Assembly (NCBI GenBank): GCA_041485465.1
Contig: JBGPJO010000001.1
Coordinates: forward strand, 29,017 to 93,016
Reading direction: 5' to 3'
Length of the DNA: 64,000 bases
Source: Minisyncoccia bacterium
Lineage (GTDB): Bacteria > Patescibacteriota > Minisyncoccia > Phycocordibacterales > JAKFXT01
How positions within the stretch are numbered: position 1 is the stretch's first letter; each line of letters starts with the position of its first letter. This document shows, piece after piece, positions 59,758 through 64,000 of this stretch. The notes beneath the pieces were generated by a model. It did no database searches. It saw only the letters and a list, made by a program, of their open reading frames with translations, and had not been told where the DNA came from. The translations under genes and the position numbers were made by a program.

Positions 59758-59820
59758 CGCGTGAGACGACGCTGGAACCATTGTAGCAAAAGAAAAAGCC
59801 GCCCAGTAATCGGGGCGGCA
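59758..59820 (-). repeat. Repeat copy 10
   Basis: GACGACGCTGGAACCATTGTAGCAAAAGAAAAAGCCGCCCAGTAATCGGGGCGGC. Confidence 0.75.
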
Positions 59821-59826
59821 TTCCCG

Positions 59827-60171
59827 CTAGGCGGGACAAAATTTGACAGGAAGTAACAGTGTCTGCACGAACACTGCTTTTGCTGTCTCTGAAAGAGAAG
59901 AGGCTGTCACTATCGCCTTCTCTGGAGTACCCACTTCGCCGTGTACTTGAACAGAAGCAAGCACGTCTCCTTTTGTCTCAAACAGTTCTGCACACTTGGA
60001 CTCAGGATTGAATCTGGTGTGCACGATCGCCCCATCAACGGAAAGGGCGGCGGCAATGTCATCGAGATGCCGCCTGAACTCAGCGACATAGAAGCCGTTG
60101 CAACCATGCCAGGGGTCAATCACGGCAATTACTCGTTCCCTAAAGAAGTGAGCCACCAATCTTCTGAACAT
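59827..60171 (-). CDS. Hypothetical protein
   Basis: 114-aa ORF, GGGAG RBS upstream, no recognised family. Confidence 0.4.
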   Translation of the reverse strand: MFRRLVAHFFRERVIAVIDPWHGCNGFYVAEFRRHLDDIAAALSVDGAIVHTRFNPESKCAELFETKGDVLASVQVHGEVGTPEKAIVTASSLSETAKAVFVQTLLLPVKFCPA

Positions 60172-60221
60172 CTCTTTACTCCCTGGTTTTTTATTCCAAA
60201 ACTACAATATCCTATTTTCTT

Positions 60222-60262
60222 AAAATGTCGAACTAGTGCTCTGGGACAATGTTAGAAGCCCA
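60222..60262 (-). repeat. Repeat copy 1 (variant core GTTAGAAG)
   Basis: AAATGTCGAACTAGTGCTCTGGGACAATGTTAGAAGCC. Confidence 0.55.
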
Positions 60263-60277
60263 CGACACTTACTAGAA

Positions 60278-60433
60278 TTAACTTTTTGTTGAATCAGCCC
60301 AGAGAAAAACAAGGCCTATCGCTATCCAGAATAGGACCTTCAACCAGTTTTGAGTTTGTACCGCTTCTATAACAGCAACGCCAAAGAAAAGTACGAATAT
60401 AGCGAAATTAGTACCTAACTTTAAATTTTTCAT
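60278..60433 (-). CDS. Possible 51-aa two-TM small membrane protein
   Basis: Manual translation gives MKNLKLGTNFAIFVLFFGVAVIEAVQTQNWLKVLFWIAIGLVFLWADSTKS. It is preceded by a repeat copy. Below the ORF-track size cut-off. No clear RBS. Confidence 0.3.
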   Translation of the reverse strand: MKNLKLGTNFAIFVLFFGVAVIEAVQTQNWLKVLFWIAIGLVFLWADSTKS

Positions 60434-60457
60434 GCTTTATATTTTATCAAACTTATG

Positions 60458-60492
60458 AGCTGGCTGTCTGGGATAAAGTTGGAACCTATTTT
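60458..60492 (-). repeat. Repeat copy 2
   Basis: GCTGGCTGTCTGGGATAAAGTTGGAACCTATTTT. Confidence 0.7.
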
Positions 60493-60749
60493 TTCTTATA
60501 AGTAAGGAATTGGGTAACGACGAGCCAAGACATTATCATTCCTAAAGACATAGGAACGATAAGGACAACATCAGTCTGTAAAAATCCATAAATACTCCAA
60601 AAAGAGTATGAGACTGCGAGAATAAAAAAATAAAAGAAAGATAATCCGTCGACACTCTTTCTTATATAATTCTTTCGCACTTGCGCGGTAAGTCCGATAC
60701 AAGTCACCAGGGGCGACAAGACTACCGTAATGATTTTAATAGCTAACAT
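60486..60749 (-). CDS. SemiSWEET-like (PQ-loop) small sugar-transporter-family membrane protein
   Basis: 87 aa, three TM. TAQVRKNYIRKSVDGLSFFYFFILAVSYSFWSIYGFL resembles the PQ-loop/MtN3 motif. Confidence 0.45.
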   Translation of the reverse strand: MLAIKIITVVLSPLVTCIGLTAQVRKNYIRKSVDGLSFFYFFILAVSYSFWSIYGFLQTDVVLIVPMSLGMIMSWLVVTQFLTYKKK

Positions 60750-60785
60750 TTACCAATAATAACAATGTTCATCTTAAAAAGTCGC

Positions 60786-60812
60786 TCGTTTGATATATGT
60801 TGGAACTCTTTT
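60786..60812 (-). repeat. Repeat copy 3 (truncated)
   Basis: TGATATATGTTGGAACTCTTTTG. Confidence 0.45.
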
Positions 60813-60960
60813 GACCGCATGATAATGTTTTCGCACTTGGTAGGAGGCTCCGCAGCTACGGACTGCCTATAGGCAGAAACGGCGCGGGTAAGCATGCATC
60901 TATCCGTTGACCCTATGTAACAGCGCAAGCGAGGGTGGCAGTTCGGAAAGACGACACATT

Positions 60961-61041
60961 TGAGCCCGCTTCCCTTCTTCCATAAGGACGGGCTCTTTTT
61001 AATGTCGAACTGGGGGCCTGGGACGACGTTGGAACTTTATT
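60961..61041 (-). repeat. Repeat copy 4 with preceding hairpin
   Basis: Hairpin GAGCCCGCTTCCCTTCTTCCATAAGGACGGGCTC, then TTTTTAATGTCGAACTGGGGGCCTGGGACGACGTTGGAACTTTATTG. Confidence 0.75.
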
Positions 61042-61555
61042 GCACCACCGTAAGGTTGTTTCCCTCAATTTTGAGATATTTTGATACGCCTACGGAGGGC
61101 TGTGCGGTCATGGGCTCTCCTGCCTTGCGGTCAGCATAATTAACTATCGACTGTCCGTTCCTGATTTCGGTCGTCTGCGGAGCAATCCTGTCCCCGAGCA
61201 GTATCGCATTCGTGCCTTGGTATCCGTTCGCCGTTTTGAGCGCAACAACCGCATAGTAGAACGTTCCGCTGCCACCGCCGTTTTGGGTGAGGATAAATGC
61301 AACGTCAGGCATGCCATCGCCGTTGAGATCCCCGGTCGCATCATTGCCGAAATATGTTGTCGTAATTTTTGATGTCGAACCGGGTACCGTCGCAACCTCC
61401 GAAACGCCGTTCACGAGAGTGACGAGTTTGCCGTCGATTATATACGTGGCATTTTTGTAATCTGTGTTTTGCGGTACCGCATTAGTGTTGCTCATCAAAA
61501 ACCACACCCCAGCGGCGGCAACGACGATCACAGCGAGCGATAGACAGGTTTTCAT
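61037..61555 (-). CDS. Secreted hypothetical protein with FG-GAP-like DLNGDGMPDVAF motif
   Basis: Signal peptide, 172 aa. Confidence 0.45.
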   Translation of the reverse strand: MKTCLSLAVIVVAAAGVWFLMSNTNAVPQNTDYKNATYIIDGKLVTLVNGVSEVATVPGSTSKITTTYFGNDATGDLNGDGMPDVAFILTQNGGGSGTFYYAVVALKTANGYQGTNAILLGDRIAPQTTEIRNGQSIVNYADRKAGEPMTAQPSVGVSKYLKIEGNNLTVVQ

Positions 61556-61573
61556 TGCATATAGTATATCGCG

Positions 61574-61608
61574 TGCTGGGGGTCTGGTACGATGTTGGAA
61601 CTATTTTA
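61574..61608 (-). repeat. Repeat copy 5
   Basis: GCTGGGGGTCTGGTACGATGTTGGAACTATTTTAC. Abuts the stop of the upstream gene (61610); 18 nt from the next start (61555). Confidence 0.75.
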
Positions 61609-61609
61609 C

Positions 61610-62185
61610 TTAATGATTTACATCAAAGTGAGTATAAAACTTGCTCTGAGTATAGTCTTTAAACGCAGCGGCTTTCTTGGCTCGTATTTCTAAATGATGG
61701 GGAGCTTTTTCTAGTCCATCGGGACTGTTTGTTAAATCTTGTATTTCTTCAAAACCAGCATCTGCAAGAATGTCTCTCAAAAGCTCAAAGTAATATCCAA
61801 ATTTATGCACGTCGTATTCATCTTGTTGCCATCCAAACAAACTCCCAAATCCCCAGTAGCGATCATTCAGTCCTCTTTCTTTTACATAAAAACTTTCGTG
61901 TGTTCCCTGAAGGATTTGTTCAAGATGCCAAAGTAGGTTGGGACAAATAATATAAATTGCTCCCCCGACTTTTAAAACGCGATTCCATTCCGAAAGAGTT
62001 TCAATAAATTCCTTAAGCGTGAAATGCTCAATTACATGTCGGCTATAAATTTCATCAACGGTTTCATTTTCGAAAGGCAATTCGTCCGCTCTACAGATGT
62101 GATCAACCCCAGGTATATTACGGATATCACAAGTCTCATAGCCTTCGCGTTTCTTTTTTCCACTCCCAATCTCTATTTTTTTCAT
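61610..62185 (-). CDS. Class I SAM-dependent methyltransferase (type 11-like)
   Basis: Motif I IEIGSGKK. Post-I acidic residue. RHVIEHF...VLKVGGAIYIICPN. Confidence 0.6.
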   Translation of the reverse strand: MKKIEIGSGKKKREGYETCDIRNIPGVDHICRADELPFENETVDEIYSRHVIEHFTLKEFIETLSEWNRVLKVGGAIYIICPNLLWHLEQILQGTHESFYVKERGLNDRYWGFGSLFGWQQDEYDVHKFGYYFELLRDILADAGFEEIQDLTNSPDGLEKAPHHLEIRAKKAAAFKDYTQSKFYTHFDVNH

Positions 62186-62347
62186 AATTTGCTGGCCTCA
62201 CCGGAATCGGATAATTCTCCACCAAACCTCGCAAGAGTTTTCAGGAAAATCTTACTATATCAAAATGACGTGCCTTGGACGCTCAAAAATTGGCGACTCT
62301 ATCACTAAAAAGACATGCGAACACTGCAACTGATCCCATTATGCGAG

Positions 62348-62743
62348 CTAGCGTAGCCAGTCCCGCCAACTTCGCGGCCAGCCGCGTATGAGAAGAAAAG
62401 CGAGGGAGGCAGTGATATTGATCCATCGCTCGACGAACTCCCATATATCCTGATTAATGAATGGGAGGACGCGCATGACTGCGGTCCACGTTGTCCAGAT
62501 AATCGCCCACAAAAGAACGATACGGATCGGCTTGAAGAGAAGAAAGAGCGAGACCATGATATCAAGGATACCGATCAAGAAAAGAAATTGCGTTGCGAGC
62601 GGCGCATCCCAGCCCCCGAAGGCCATGATCCACTTGACCCACTCGGGATTCCCCTCAAGCGCAGGAACGCCATGTCCAATAAATAAGCCGAAGAGGCCAA
62701 TCCTGAAGAGCCATTCAACCCACCTTAAATTCGCCATCGGCAT
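62348..62743 (-). CDS. Hypothetical four-TM membrane protein (DoxX-like?)
   Basis: Trp-rich TM protein. Weak resemblance to the DoxX family. Confidence 0.35.
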   Translation of the reverse strand: MPMANLRWVEWLFRIGLFGLFIGHGVPALEGNPEWVKWIMAFGGWDAPLATQFLFLIGILDIMVSLFLLFKPIRIVLLWAIIWTTWTAVMRVLPFINQDIWEFVERWINITASLAFLLIRGWPRSWRDWLR

Positions 62744-62904
62744 GTGTAATTAATCTGACCTACGTTTTAAGTATACAGCCGCTTGCGACATGCAGATACT
62801 TTTGTGTAAATAGTATGTGGATAACATAATCGGGGCGAATTACCCGTTGATGAGCTTATCACAAAGAATTTCAATACTCTTCGGAGTCCGAACCTGGCTT
62901 AAAA

Positions 62905-63030
62905 AAACCTTCGTCGAAAGTGTGCTCATTTCGACGCGATTTTTACGCTTAAAAATCGGCTGGGGGTCTGGGACGACGTTGGAACCATTGTAACAAAAGA
63001 AAAATGCCAGTACTTATTAGGTGACTGGCA
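62905..63030 (-). repeat. Repeat copy 6 (most complete: hairpin + core + AAAAG + hairpin)
   Basis: Hairpin CGTCGAAAGTGTGCTCATTTCGACG, then GCTGGGGGTCTGGGACGACGTTGGAACCATTGTAACAAAAGAAAAA, then hairpin TGCCAGTACTTATTAGGTGACTGGCA. Confidence 0.8.
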
Positions 63031-63060
63031 AACCCCATGGGTATCTTTACGACTCAGGCG

Positions 63061-63417
63061 TCACTTGTAGAGGTAGGACGTCCTGGCCCATCCCCACCCA
63101 CCTTCGACTGGACCTTCGAAAAAATAGAGGTCTTGACCAGGATCAAGTTTGTGTTCTTTCCCGTTGTACGGAATGATGGTCAAGTTTGACGCCTCATCCC
63201 CCTTGATTTCAATACACCGGACTATTTGAGTTTGGTCTTCCTCCGTCGGCTGTAGGTTGAACATTGATGGATGCTTCCAGGCATCCGTCTTGCGTTGTCG
63301 GATATCGCTATAGCCACTTTCAACCAAAATGGCTACGACTTCATCGGGGGTCTTGCCCCTCAGATCAAGCTTGAGCGGTTTTACCGCACTCCTGACTTCA
63401 GCGGTCGCTGTAATCAT
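63061..63417 (-). CDS. Hypothetical protein (weak HicA-like N-terminal resemblance)
   Basis: 118 aa; VVAILVESGYSDIRQRKTDAWKHP resembles the HicA core. GGAGG RBS upstream. Confidence 0.35.
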   Translation of the reverse strand: MITATAEVRSAVKPLKLDLRGKTPDEVVAILVESGYSDIRQRKTDAWKHPSMFNLQPTEEDQTQIVRCIEIKGDEASNLTIIPYNGKEHKLDPGQDLYFFEGPVEGGWGWARTSYLYK

Positions 63418-63478
63418 GCTGGTATACCTCCGTTACGTCTGCGCAGTAGCTTACAATAAATTTATTTAAAAGTCATTA

Positions 63479-63510
63479 GCTGTCGGTCTGGTTCAACGTT
63501 GGAACCTTTC
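63479..63510 (-). repeat. Repeat copy 7
   Basis: GCTGTCGGTCTGGTTCAACGTTGGAACCTTTC. Abuts the stop of the gene 63510-63818. Confidence 0.7.
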
Positions 63511-63818
63511 TAACGGTGGACTATGAGATACAGGCCAACCGAGACAAACACCGCAGTACTTACTGCAAAAATAATGAGCGTCTGGATGAATAAACTAACC
63601 GACTCTTTCTTTTGTCCTTCGAGAAAAAGCTTAAGCGGCTGATACAAAAAGATATAGCCCATACTCGCAGCGGAGAAAACAAAAAGCGATAGCATCACAA
63701 TGGGTATAAGAACGCTATTTTCTATATGGATATATGGTGGAACATAGAACAATAATGAAGCAACCAACGCTATATATAACAAACCTGCAAGTGCGTTTAC
63801 GATAGGGTTTTTGGTCAT
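63510..63818 (-). CDS. Small three-TM membrane protein
   Basis: 102 aa, hydrophobic. Confidence 0.4.
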   Translation of the reverse strand: MTKNPIVNALAGLLYIALVASLLFYVPPYIHIENSVLIPIVMLSLFVFSAASMGYIFLYQPLKLFLEGQKKESVSLFIQTLIIFAVSTAVFVSVGLYLIVHR

Positions 63819-63859
63819 GCTCTTGTAACTTTACTGGTTGGTTAAAAGTTCTGTTACGA

Positions 63860-63930
63860 GCTGGCAGTCTGGTTCGATGTTGGAACTATTTTAGAAAAGG
63901 AAAAGGCCGGACACCTGTGAAGGGCCGGCC
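63860..63930 (-). repeat. Repeat copy 8 (core + AAAAGG + hairpin)
   Basis: GCTGGCAGTCTGGTTCGATGTTGGAACTATTTTAGAAAAGGAAAAGGCCGGACACCTGTGAAGGGCCGGCC. Confidence 0.75.
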
Positions 63931-63937
63931 ATTGATG

Positions 63938-64000
63938 TTAGTGCCTGGACAGACTACGCAGCTGCTGGCGTCCATTCGATAGCCGCTGGGGTTGGATCGG
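63938..64000 (-). CDS. 3' end of an upstream cassette-like gene (partial; continues beyond window)
   Basis: Open frame ending ...LRSLSRH*, with its stop inside the hairpin loop of the repeat copy at 63860-63930. Confidence 0.3.
   Translation of the reverse strand, partial: PIQPQRLSNGRQQLRSLSRH

Noticed and set aside
60743-60928. 61-aa minus-strand ORF (MRCYIGSTDRC...)
   Set aside because: It overlaps the structured non-coding stretch and the start of the SemiSWEET-like gene in another frame. There is no RBS and the composition is odd, so it is likely spurious.
58366-63930. CRISPR array as explanation for the 11 conserved repeats
   Set aside because: Spacing between copies is irregular (about 230-600 bp) and each interval contains a complete protein-coding gene with its own start/stop and often an RBS. 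Repeat length and structure (core + hairpin) differ from CRISPR direct repeats. No cas genes are present in the window.
58366-63930. Canonical integron attC sites
   Set aside because: Neither strand shows the paired GTTRRRY / RYYYAAC core boxes in the expected orientation relative to the ORFs (the plus-strand core is GTTGGAAC; the minus-strand core is GTTCCAAC). No intI-like recombinase lies within the window. The cassette-array reading is kept only as a resemblance.

Overview
This 64-kb window is a gene-dense bacterial chromosomal region. TGA is used as a stop codon (e.g. at 63061), so the standard code applies. The content looks like a reduced, CPR/Parcubacteria-like genome; that lineage assignment is inference from domain-minimal housekeeping proteins and a split transketolase.

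Bases 1-40.9 kb carry core information-processing and central-metabolism genes:
- Transcription and RNA processing: rpoC (5' end), rpoB, trmD, a KhpA-like KH-domain protein, rpsP, RNase R, RNase III, a NusB-Nudix fusion, rpmF and RNase HII.
- Replication and translation: a hinge-less SMC, dnaE, a ThrRS lacking its N-terminal editing domains, gyrB, pheS/pheT, EF-Ts, rpsB, a release factor, rpmE, rplY and one tRNA-Thr(UGU).
- A pentose-phosphate/glycolysis cluster: 2-hydroxyacid dehydrogenase, class II fructose-bisphosphate aldolase, a PfkB sugar kinase, a split transketolase and an rpe-like ribulose-phosphate 3-epimerase.
- Embedded accessory genes: a sortase beside an 824-aa Ig-repeat/poly-Gly surface protein, a CARDB-domain protein, a processive GT2 synthase and an MltB-like lytic transglycosylase.

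Bases 41-58 kb hold a four-gene cluster of secreted glycine-rich paralogous proteins. It is followed by a pseudouridine synthase, an ABC-2 exporter, small stress-type genes (DUF1993, cupin, peroxiredoxin Bcp, VOC/glyoxalase), an MFS transporter, a GH18 hydrolase and a CopB-type (CPH motif) P-type ATPase.

The most unusual region is 58.3-64.0 kb. Eleven directly oriented copies of a conserved ~45-70-bp repeat (plus-strand core CTGGGACGACGTTGGAAC) each head a small, unrelated, same-strand gene. The repeat is often combined with a terminator hairpin and a TAnAAT-like box. Together this gives a cassette-array-like or shared promoter/operator architecture.

The second strong anomaly is pheT: an NlpC/P60 (papain-like cysteine hydrolase) domain is inserted inside its B5 domain.

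All calls rest on reading the translated ORFs and the DNA by eye. No database search was run.
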